A DNA stretch of 64,000 bases, from the NCBI RefSeq assembly GCF_009914755.1, contig NC_060929.1. One strand, written 5' to 3'. Source of the stretch: the human T2T-CHM13v2.0 reference genome, Homo sapiens. The translations under genes and the position numbers were made by a program. The notes beneath the pieces are model-generated. The model saw only the letters and a list, made by a program, of their open reading frames with translations. It was not told where the DNA came from and did not search any database. Below are positions 14,809 through 26,109 of this stretch, one piece after another (positions within the stretch are counted from its first letter, which is position 1; every line of letters begins with the position of its first letter).

Positions 14809-17800
14809 GTTGGTATCTCGCTTTTTTTCCTCTTATTTGAATTTCTGTCCTGTCTGTTATTGCCTTTAGCTTTCCTAGAGATTGGCAAGTAGACAGTACT
14901 CTTGGTGTGTGTGTGAAAGTAAGAATGAAATTTGGAGGAGGTAAACCTTTTTACCTAATAGTAATATTAAAATGGTTAATTTATGACATGTACATTTGAG
15001 GTTTTACAATTTAACATTCATTGGCTTCTGGTTTGCTTTGGCTTTCTGTAGTCAATTTGCAGATTGCAAAGAAAGCTTTCTGAAATTAAAAAATAATTGA
15101 TATGGGAAATTATTTTAAATGCATAAACAAGCATTTACCTTGTGTGTTCAATATTAATACTATTACAAATGAAAATAGTGTACACATTTTGGCAAATTGG
15201 GGTTAAGTGATATTTATAAGAAAATATTTGTAATTTATACTTTCAAGTACACTCTTAAGGTAATTTACCTTAATTGTTACTATGAGATCATTATTTTATA
15301 TTCAATGTAATTGTTTGCTTTGCAACTGGAATTTAATGTTTTCTTTTACTGGCCCCAAAAAGGGGCAGGAGGAGTGTTGGAAAAAAAGGAAAGCAATTTT
15401 CCAAAGCCTCCATGAAGGAAGTAGTTGTTGAAGATAGGAACAAAGGCCTTAAAGTATCCATTAAATTTTATGACCTAAACTGCTTTAAGAACTAATTATT
15501 ACTAATATTTTTTAGTAACTTCTGTTTACAGAGCCACTCACGTATAATAGACTGTGCTGAATTTTGACACTTCTGGTGTATAATTAACTTTTATTCAGAG
15601 CACTGACTAGCATGTGTACAGGATTTTAGAATTGGGTTATTATAAATTAAAATGTCTTAAAGTAGATTTTCTCTGGTGGATGATTGAAACTGTTTTAAAC
15701 ATAAAGGTTTATGGAAAACAGTTTGATGGGCTTTCATATGTAATTTTTAAAACCTCTTTTAGTGGCCAGGCTGACATTAAAATAATATATAATAAGCAGT
15801 TTGCTGCACTTTAAAGGTTTTATGCTTATTTCAGAATGCCTGTTCTGGGATGTCAAAAACATTACAGTCTAATACAGTGAGTACCAGGCTCGTATTTTTT
15901 AAGTCCCAGAATAGGACATTCTCAGTATTTTTCAGATAAATTTGGAAGTGTCTTTCCCATGCTTGGGGGTTAGAGTGGGTAGGGAAGATAAAAATGGATT
16001 AAAGTTAATTATTGGCCAAATGTATCTTTATCTGCTGATCTGTAAGGCTACAGTAAGCCCCAAATTGGTGAGGTGGGAAAGGAGCTGGTGAATGGTTTCG
16101 TTCTACAAACTTTGTAGTGAAATTTCATACTGAGAAACTGCATGGGAAAAAAGAAATCAGGTAAAAGGTTTATTAAACTGGAATATTAATTATATCAGAA
16201 AATTAATACCACCAATAACACTGGGTCTTTTATTGTGTTAGCTTATTACTGAATTGGAAGGAAGAATTTTATCAGTGTTGCTTGGTTGAAACCTGCTTTA
16301 TTCCCATAGAATCTTTCATATATCTGAGAAGCCCTACTGTATTTTGTTATAAATGTTCAAGATGATGGGCGTGTAGATGTCCCTTTTATTGTTTATTTTA
16401 CTTGATAGAGATGAATAAATGCACAGTCAGATGTACCTTTTTAGTGTTTTTAATATTACAACTTGGACAGTTTTACTGTTTTTGAACAGAAAAATTTAAG
16501 CATACTTTTATTGCAATTTAGTTATAAGTAAGTAAATATTTTGAAACACTAACCTACAGTTGGTATTGGTGAAACATTCAGATATACGTTTTTCATTAGT
16601 TGTATTAAATACGGCAGAGATGAATTTATGGAACCTCGAGAATTTCACAGTGAGCTGTTAAAATACTGATTATGCACTACAAGCAAAGAAATAGTGCATT
16701 ATTGTACTAAAAAAGATAGCAGAGTGAGTGTGAAATAACCAAAGAAAAGTATTCCAGTGGAGTAAGTTCTGTAAGAGGAGATGTGCTGTGGTGCTGTAAG
16801 CAAGCAGTGTTCTGTTGACCTCACTGAATGCATCCTTTCCTTGATGTTGAACAAACAGCATCATGACATAAGTGAGAAAAACCATAGAAAAAAATTTAAG
16901 AAGTTTTTTCAGTTTCTTTGAATTGCTGTTTTTTAGTGTAGACAGTAATGTGAGAAGATCCTAAGTTGTAAAAGTAACATTTGATGTGTAACAGTTTCAT
17001 GCATATTAAGCCTTAGCCTTTGTTAATAAAACATGCCATTTCAAAATAAAATATGCTTTCATTATACTTGTCCAAATATGACCTCTTTTTGTTGTTGCGT
17101 GCATTTCAGATTTCTTTTTATAAATGTTAACACGTAGAAAAAGATACGGTCAAACATAACAAGGGTGTCAGCCTAATCATCAGTCATAACTTTATGTCCA
17201 CATTTTCTGGTAGATGGATTTTGACTATTAATTTGGTTTTGTATGTTTTCTCTATGTGATATTTGTGCATTATTAGATGACTAGACTGGCCAAGGCAGAC
17301 CTGTTACACTTGCCTGAGTTAGGCATTGTTTGCCATGCCACTAAACCTGCCGTCAAGTGAAACCTTCATTGGGGAAATGAGATCGGAGTCTGAACCGCAG
17401 AAGATGGACGCCCTGTCTCTGTTTTTTATTGTTTTACTTTAATTTCATTTCTTTTTCTTTATTTTGTCCCTTTTTTTGTTTTTGTTTTTGTTTTTGTTTT
17501 GTTAAATCTCTTTCACTTTAACTTGTGAGCTGGTTTTCCCAGTTCTTTGTAAATGGTATTTCATTAAGGGTTCATAACGTGTTGCAAATTATATTGGGAG
17601 ATGATTAGTAGAGCTCAACCTTAAGATAAAGCAAATTTTCATGTGGTAAATTAGGATACAGTGTTGTGAAGCTCATTGTGAGTCTTAATTTGTGTGTATG
17701 GACTCATAAGGTACATTTTATTCTTGAAACATTAAAACACTGATAAGTATCTCAGGAACACTTTCTGATCTCAGCGCAACATTTTTCTAGTTTTTTTCCC

Positions 17801-20020
17801 CCCTAGTCTACATCTCTCATAAAAACTGATAGCTTCTAATTTTTGTCCTTCCCCCTGGAATTTTAGGCATACAAAATCATCAAGGAAAATAAGTAAATAT
17901 AACAATCTGGGAGTAAAGAAGAGCCTTTCATTTTTATGATGGTTATTTATCATATAACTTATTTCCTTGACTTATGAAGACTTTTTGTTGCCTATGTGGG
18001 GAATGGATATTTGAGAAACTTAAGTATTTGCATGTAGGTTTTTGTTAGCTTGAATTTTTTGTTGAATATTTTTCAGAGGTTACTAGCTTCTAAATGGATT
18101 CTGAGATTAGGACTATAATACTGTGAGAGATGTTTTCCTCAGTTGACTTTGAGGAGTATAGTTTGGGAAAAATGCTAAATGCTTATTTGTTTTATACTTT
18201 TATAAGCTCTGTTATTTGGAGGGTAAATTTGGTAGAATTCTATCTTGGAAATTAAGCAATGGAGCTTTTTCTTAAAGTACTTTTGCCATTACCTTTAGGT
18301 AATTAGAATAAGTATATAGAGTAATTAGAATGGTAATTGAAAGTTAATTTATTAAAAAATGTGCTTATAGTGGATTTATACATTTATAGTAGTATACTAT
18401 ATTTATAGTAGTATACTCTTTTGAAAGGCAGTGGGAGAGTTTGACAACCTACTGATACTTAAGCTGAAAGTGAAAGACTTCATAATACTAAGTAGTCAAC
18501 TTTTGGCCAGTGTTGAATACCCTTTTTGTTTGTATAGTCTTTCTACAATGTCTTCAATAGGTAGTTTTACTTATTAAAGGACAAGTAATATTAAATTTGG
18601 GACATTACTAGATTAGAACTCTGAGTTTCCTTAGGTGCATACATTAAGGTAGTGACGATGGAGTTTCTGCCTCAAAACCTCAATTTATCAAGAATGTTCA
18701 GGTTTTACAAACCTTTTGAGATAATACCAATTTATAACAGATAAAACAGGTGAAATCAATATAAATAGTATAGTGTATATGTGGGTATATATAAATACAT
18801 GTGTTAATACCAATAACTAATACATATAAAGCAGATTATTGTTATTTGATGTTTTCAGTAAGGCCTACCTGCCTTTTGTTGATGCATGTTAAGAAATCTG
18901 TTCTCCAGAATTTTCACTGAAATAATAAAGATAACTTTGTTTTTGAAAGTAATAAAGTAATATAAACTTAGATGCTGCAAAGGTAGAAAATAGTAGGTTT
19001 TATTTGCTTCCTATAAATAAGGCATAGCCATTATTTAAATCAAGTTTTAAATTCCAACTTGAGTTCCATCCATGTTTAAAGATATATTCAGATAATATTG
19101 TTTAGGGATTTATCTCTGCACATGTGGTTGTTTTAAATATTTTTACAACTGAAACCAGGCATGGTGCTTGTGGAAATTTACTGCATATGCTATATTTCAG
19201 TTTAGCATGATTTTGTGCATTGTCTTTTAAAACACTTTTGGAGAATTAATAATAGAAATGCTTTACCAGCTACCACATGAGTGTTCTTCTAAATATATCC
19301 ACATGTAGTCAACTATTTAAGAATTTTTTTTTTTTTTTTTTGCCTAAGGGGATAAGGAAAAATAATGTGAAAGTTGCAGTCCTTATCAGAAGTAATTGAT
19401 TAGAATTCAGCAATGAATATGCCAAATCGTACTTATTTCAGAGTAAGTTTTTCATTTTTTTAGGTTGTAGGGAGTTTTTTTCCTACTGAGTGTTATTAGA
19501 TTATTTTAATGTTACTATTGTTATTAGGCAATTAAAATGTTTTTAAGCAAGCTTTAAGGCATTAACCTCCCCCTTCAGATAAGTATACATAAATTGGTTC
19601 TAAAAGTTAATAAGAAGTTTTCTGAAACCAGGGAACTTTTTTTTTCCTGAAACATTTTTAGTAGTTTCCCAAGGCATATTTTTTGGAACTGAGTTCTTTT
19701 AGGCATCTCTGATGTTGGTGAGATGCTTTATTAACTGAATGGATGTAGGCTTCCTTTTACGTTGAAGTTGATTACATGGAGTAAGTTTTTGTTTTCTATT
19801 TGAAATTAAATGGAATCTGTTGGAGGGTTATCAAAATTGTTTGCATCACAAATAGGTAGTTTCAGTAACAGGATAGGGGCACTCATTAAGAAATTTCAAT
19901 TCGCACATATTTGTTTTTTCTTTTTCTTTTTTTTGACTAATTTGGTTATTTGCCATTTCTGGGGATTAAACTTTAAAAAATGTTCTTCTTTTCTGTATCT
20001 GATGTTCTGTGTGCTATTAG

Positions 20021-20144
20021 TGATGCAGCCAACACGAACGGTTGTCATGTGTAACACAACTTTCGATCACCGCGAAAACACCGTCCTGGGAAAGCGTCCA
20101 TGCTTGATATCGTTTGGTTCATGAACATTAAGTTTCCAGTACAG
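20021..20144 (+). other. SREK1: Candidate stop-containing cassette exon in intron 2 ('exon 2b')
   Basis: Pyrimidine tract and TTAG acceptor (AG 20019-20), donor CAG|GTGACC at 20145. Eight CpGs in ~85 nt inside an AT-rich intron. In-frame TGA at 20122-20124 when joined to exon 2. Confidence 0.65.
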
Positions 20145-20430
20145 GTGACCCATAGCTCAAAGTGTTAAATAATTGTCTACATTATTCAATTTTTAAAATA
20201 ATATTCCATTAATGAGATTGTTAATATTTGAAGTTTTGCTCACTTTTATTTTTCCTAGTAGAGCAGGATAAAAGGAAAGACTTAAGTTCTTATTTATTTC
20301 TTTATACAGATCTGATAGATAGATTCATTTATTATTATTATTTTTTAACTGCAAGGGTAATTGTAAAATCATAGTGTAAAGTTTGTGTGGTGTTTCTGCT
20401 TTTTGTAATGTTTGGAACTTGCCTCTGCAG

Positions 20431-20546
20431 GTAAAATCCCAGAGGAATCCAAAGCCCTCTCTTTATTGGCTCCTGCTCCAACCATGACAAGTCTGATGCC
20501 TGGTGCAGGATTGCTTCCAATACCGACCCCAAATCCTTTGACTACT
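20431..20546 (+). CDS. SREK1: SREK1 coding exon 3 (G-KIPEESKALSLLAPAPTMTSLMPGAGLLPIPTPNPLTT); contains Met117 (ATG 20484), start of a 508-aa form
   Basis: CTGCAG acceptor, ACT|GTAAGT donor, 116 nt, frame maintained. 624-116=508 aa matches the recalled SRrp508 length. Confidence 0.96.
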
Positions 20547-21012
20547 GTAAGTACTATAAGCTGGCTTATGAAAGAGGTGAATGTTCAACTGTGTGACCAG
20601 TTGAATAGAGAGCTTCAGATTATTTGCATTTGGATCTTCTTCTTTTTTTTTTTTTTAATAGAGAGGATTCGAAATCACTGCTTAAACTTTTTTTTTCACT
20701 TTATCAGTGACTTAACGCTGCGTTTTGGATTTACTCCTGAAGTAATAGGGGATTCATTTAAATTTGAGAACCCCAATAGATTATTCACTAGAAAATCAGT
20801 TATTAAAACTCAATATTTTAGATAGCATAGAGGATCTAGGTAACTGTATTTCTCAGTTAATGAGGATTAAATCCATTTAAAATACGTGAAATGATCCACA
20901 ACTTTGGTAATGGGAAAAAAACAGGTCTTTGTCTGATATTGAGAAAATGTAATAAGGTGAAAACATGGCAAAATATTTTTCCATTAACTATGCAGAATTA
21001 AATCATAATTTA

Positions 21013-21409
<397 letters not shown>

Positions 21410-21679
21410 TTAAAAGAAGTGCCATTTTTCTTCAAAAGACAACATAGAACAAAATACAAAGCTTGCCTTAATTGGAAGTTGAATCTAGCTTTGTGGTGTT
21501 GGATAGGAATTGAACTAAGAAATGAACTATGTGATTGTAGTTAATTTATCTAGATTGTAAGAGTGGTTTCTGAAATTTTGAAGTGCAAAATTTTAGATTT
21601 GTAGTTTTTACATAACATTGCTATGCTGAAGACCTGCATTCTGATTCTTGGGGGGAAATGTTTTTTAATTGAACTTATG

Positions 21680-21910
21680 TGTTCAAGGAACAGAATGGTG
21701 GTCAGTATGGTTGAAGCATAGTGAGTGAGGGTCATGAGTGTTTGAGATTGGAGGGGATAGATAGGACACAGATTATGGTAGGGCTTTTTAGACCATGGAA
21801 AGAGGGGTTTGAGTTTTATTCTTAAGGTAATTAGAAACCATTGATGGGTTTTAAGCAGGGATATGACATGATTTGACATGTTTTAAAAAGATCAGACTGG
21901 CTGCTGTGAT
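21680..21910 (-). mobile_element. L2 fragment
   Basis: ttttattcttaaggtaattagaaaccattgatgggttttaagcagggatatgacatgatttgac...ctggctgctgtg resembles the L2 3' region. Confidence 0.65.
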
Positions 21911-22448
21911 AAGTGACATTGATTTCATAAACTTCCGTTTTCACCATTAGCAAGTGCCATTACTTAACAGTTGTTAAAATCTTAGTTCTGTATCATATTT
22001 GTATATATAGTCATTAATGGTCAAAATGTTCTCTAATAGTATAAGTGGAAATGAAAAGAGTTGTGCTTTTTTCCTTGAAAGCTCTTTTCGTTCTGAAAAA
22101 TTTTTTCTGTTTTCAAATTCTGAGATCTTACATTTCTTCTAGTTTACATTCATATTAAAAATAATACGTTCCTTAATGCTGAAAGTAAAAACTGAATTTA
22201 GTGATGCTATAGAAAGATCATTCAAAGTTTTTTTGAAGGTTTTTGCCCTTTTCCTACCATGGCATAAGTAAGGGCTCAATATTTTAGATATATTTTCTTA
22301 GGTAAACTTTCAGCATGATAATAATAACCCATTTCTTAGGGTTGATATGAGGATTAAGTTACTACCTCAGTTAAATTCGATGCTATGATAATTGTTGACT
22401 GTTAGGAACTCATACTCATACTCATCTGTGTTTTTCAATGACCAAGGT

Positions 22449-23077
22449 ACAGTTGATTCTCATTCTTTGTGAATTCTGTATTTTTGAATTCACTTAGTAA
22501 GTAAAATTTTTTTGAAATCCCCACATCAACAGTTGGAGCACTTTTGTGGTCGTTCGTGGACATACACAGAGTGGTGAAAAATTGGGGTTTGTCTATTTGC
22601 ACGGAGGTCGAAATCTTCTTGTTTTGGCACTCAGGCAGTAAACAAGCACGCAGTCTGTTTAGTGCTATGTTCTTTGAATTGTTGTGCTTTTTGTTGGTGA
22701 TTTCACTGTTAAGATGGGCCCACAAGTGTAGTGCCAAACTGCTGTGTAGTGTTCCTAAGTACAGGGAGATTGTGAAGTGCCTCATGGAGAAAATATTAAA
22801 TACATGTATTAGATAAGCTTCATTCAGGCCTGAATTGTAGCGCTGCTGGCTGTAAGTTCAGTGTTAATGAATCGACAATATATAACAGCTAAGGTGTCTT
22901 TAAACAGAAGAACATATAAAATAAGGTTAAATATTTTACTAGTTAATGTAAATGTGACCAGAGGCTTGTAGGAACTTCACCCTGTATTTTCCCTAGGAAT
23001 AATGGTTCAATATTCAATAATTCATTGTTCACGGAAACTATAGAACATAGCTATGTCAGGTAATGAGAAACAGCCTG
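22449..23077 (-). mobile_element. TcMar-Tigger DNA transposon (MER82-like)
   Basis: Inverted termini cagttgattctcatt ... aatgagaaacagcctg; internal ccctaggaataatggttcaatattc. Confidence 0.7.
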
Positions 23078-23320
23078 TCTTTTAGGGTCAAGTTTAAAAG
23101 TGGCTAAAATATCCAGACAGTAAAATATATTTCAAATTACATTTAAAACTAATGTGACCTTACTTTAATAACTCAGACATATATATGACTGAAAGTTCGG
23201 AGTCCCTAGTCTCCTTTCATTCTTGTTGAGTTAGTTCATTCTTTTCAAGATTAGAGAATGGTATCTTTGGATACTAATAGAAAATATGTGTTCTGTGTGT
23301 TTTTTTTCTTCTTTCGATAG

Positions 23321-23485
23321 CTTGGTGTTTCACTTAGCAGTTTGGGAGCTATACCAGCAGCAGCACTAGACCCCAACATTGCAACACTTGGAGAGATACC
23401 ACAGCCACCACTTATGGGAAACGTGGATCCTTCCAAAATAGATGAAATTAGGAGAACGGTTTATGTTGGAAATCTGAATTCCCAG
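23321..23485 (+). CDS. SREK1: SREK1 coding exon 4 (LGVSLSSLGAIPAAALDPNIATLGEIPQPPLMGNVDPSKIDEIRRTVYVGNLNSQ)
   Basis: Acceptor TAG, donor CAG|GTAACT, 165 nt; RNP2 VYVGNL of RRM2. Confidence 0.97.
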
Positions 23486-23625
23486 GTAACTAATTAAAGA
23501 AGAAACAAAGCAGCAGTAGCCCTTATTCTTTTTCTCTTCTTAAAAATCATATCAGTGGATACAGTAATATTTATCTGATTTTTTAAATGGATATATTTTA
23601 TCAAAGTGTCACTTTGTTCCCTTAG

Positions 23626-23804
23626 ACAACGACAGCTGATCAACTACTTGAATTTTTTAAACAAGTTGGAGAAGTGAAGTTTGTGCGGATGGCAGGTGAT
23701 GAGACTCAGCCAACTCGGTTTGCTTTTGTGGAATTTGCAGACCAAAATTCTGTACCAAGGGCCCTTGCTTTTAATGGAGTTATGTTTGGAGACAGGCCAC
23801 TGAA
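23626..23804 (+). CDS. SREK1: SREK1 coding exon 5 (TTTADQLLEFFKQVGEVKFVRMAGDETQPTRFAFVEFADQNSVPRALAFNGVMFGDRPL-K), RRM2
   Basis: CTTAG acceptor, AA|GTAAGA donor, 179 nt; RNP1 RFAFVEF. Confidence 0.97.
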
Positions 23805-25003
23805 GTAAGAAATCCTAAACAAAGAAATTTTAATGATTTTGAAACATTTAAAGTATTTTTGATGTAATGAAGGCTTTTTTTTTCTTTTTAATAGTAATTG
23901 GCAATTTGTGGAAAGGAAGACTTTGTGTTAAGTATAAATGAAATACATGAGATACTTACCATTTTAGTCTTTAAATTCCTTTATTTAGAGACATTTATTT
24001 TCTCATTTTCTGTTTTCTAGGGTCTAATTCAGTGTTAACATTATTTATATACCCTGCATAACGGTTGTAGGTCTTTTTCCATAAACTTTAATAGTCAGGT
24101 TGGTTTTACATTATGACACTAGACTAATTGAGCAACTTAACAGGTGGGTTGAACTACAGTACTTCCAGTAACAACTGTGGTAAATTCAAAATCTACAGAA
24201 GGAAATTATAAGTGCCCAGAAATGTTTTAAACCAGAAATTTTGACTTTTGAGGTTTGCTTACATCCTTGTTTGTAAAACGTTGATAATGGCCTTCGAGAT
24301 ACTCCAGACCAGAAATTCTATTTCATGCAGATTGTTGAGGCATATATAGTTTTGCTTGAATTTCATAGATTGCTTTAGTTATACAATTTGATCAGGATTT
24401 TTCTGTTAAGGATAAGTTTTTAGTGGGTACTTGTCTTCCCAGTGTGGAAGGGGTAAAGCAAGACACATAATATCCATTCATGTGCATCAGAGAAGTCACT
24501 CTTACCTAGTAGAGGAAGAATTTTTTCAGATGCCTTGCACATTCAAAGCTATGTCTAACTCAGCCATGGTTCAGCGTTGGTTAAAATGGTGTACATAATA
24601 TGATGATATACAGGTAGCTTACCCTTCTTCTAGAGTGTACAGGATATCAGTAAGATCTTTTGATTTGAAAATAGAAATGATTCATTTTCATATTGGTATC
24701 AACATTTTAATTTATTTTAATTCTAAGCTATGGAAAAGCACTTCATCTAGTCTGTTTGAATTAAGTTAGCTAGGGTTCAATTTTTCTTTTCTCCCTGCTT
24801 TTGGTTGTATTCGCAAGGAATGATAGGAAGTGGGGATGAGAGATTAATCATGGTTTTGAGGTTGCTTTTGGTTATTCTGTATATCATTCTTACGTGCTTC
24901 TGAGATGTCCTCACGTTTATAAATATGTGTATCATATAAATGTTTGTTTCATGTTTTATAAAATGTGGTGTGTATTTGTGATATGCTAATATTTTTAATT
25001 TAG

Positions 25004-25134
25004 AATAAATCACTCCAACAATGCAATAGTAAAACCCCCTGAGATGACACCTCAGGCTGCAGCTAAGGAGTTAGAAGAAGTAATGAAGCGAGTACGAGAA
25101 GCTCAGTCATTTATCTCAGCAGCTATTGAACCAG
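25004..25134 (+). CDS. SREK1: SREK1 coding exon 6 (K-INHSNNAIVKPPEMTPQAAAKELEEVMKRVREAQSFISAAIEP-)
   Basis: TTTAG acceptor, CAG|GTAAGT donor, 131 nt, frame continuous. Confidence 0.97.
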
Positions 25135-25819
25135 GTAAGTACATAACGTTGTTACATAGGTCATAGTTTAAAGATCATAGACTCTTAGAACTGGAAGGAA
25201 TTTTAGAAATCATCTTGTTCAGTCACTTCATTTTACAAACAAGAAGACTGAAACTCAAGAAATAGTAAGTAGCATACTCATGTCAAAGAACAACTTAGCC
25301 CATATTTTATCTCTTTCTGTGATACTGAATTGAGGCACTTTAGTCTGAGCTAATCAGCTCTGTATTTTCATAGCAAAATCAGTGCTCACAAGTGATTTGC
25401 TGAAAGCAAAAATGTTATTGCAAGGCTAAAAAGAGTACATATATTTAAAACGTTACGACTCAGCAGGTTTACTTTTCCTCAACATTTTAATTTTAGAAGT
25501 AGAGAAGAGAGCCCGTGATTTAGAAAAAAATACAGATACTGTATTTTAGTAAGGTAAAAGAACATCTATTTAAACTTTTGTGTTGCTAATGAAAATAATT
25601 AAAAAACCCATTCTAAAAACATCTAGGTGGTTTACATTTGAGCAGATTTTCTAAATCAACACTTAGAATTTAAGCTTCAAATTCTAGCAGAATAAGTGGA
25701 GAAAGGACTTAAAATCACTGTCACAGGAATTACAGACATGTTGTAATCGTACGTTACGGCAGCAACAAAATATTACGAACAGCTGTTTATAATCATCTGG
25801 TTTATATGTACTGCTGCAG

Positions 25820-25912
25820 GGTGGCTGCACTCAACGAGTTTATGCAATGACTTTCTTGGATGTTTCTGAAGGAGGAGGATGTACAGAGAGTAGGCCCCTT
25901 GCACTATATGTG
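25820..25912 (+). other. SREK1: Candidate poison (NMD) exon in intron 6, encoding GWLHSTSLCNDFLGCF*
   Basis: CTGCAG acceptor (AG 25818-19); in-frame TGA 25867-25869; GAAGGAGGAGGA enhancer-like run; candidate donor GTG|GTACAT at 25913. It could instead be an upstream 3' splice site extending exon 7. Confidence 0.75.
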
Positions 25913-25994
25913 GTACATTCCACTTGTGCCTGATTATTAACTGGGATCTTTAATTGTTCTGAGCTTACACTGCAAAGTGATTTTTTCCTCCCAG

Positions 25995-26109
25995 AGTCTG
26001 GAAAGAGCAATGAAAGAAAAGGCGGTCGATCTCGTTCCCATACTCGCTCAAAATCCAGGTCTAGCTCAAAATCCCATTCTAGAAGGAAAAGATCACAATC
26101 AAAACACAG
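25995..26109 (+). CDS. SREK1: SREK1 coding exon 7 (E-SGKSNERKGGRSRSHTRSKSRSSSKSHSRRKRSQSKH-R), RS domain
   Basis: TTTTCCTCCCAG acceptor, CAG|GTGAGA donor, 115 nt; RS dipeptides. Confidence 0.97.

Noticed and set aside
18382-18417. 17-nt tandem duplication atttatagtagtatact
   Set aside because: Ordinary slippage-type duplication.
25004-25009. AATAAA at the start of exon 6
   Set aside because: Coding sequence (Lys-Ile-Asn) with no downstream GU/U-rich element.
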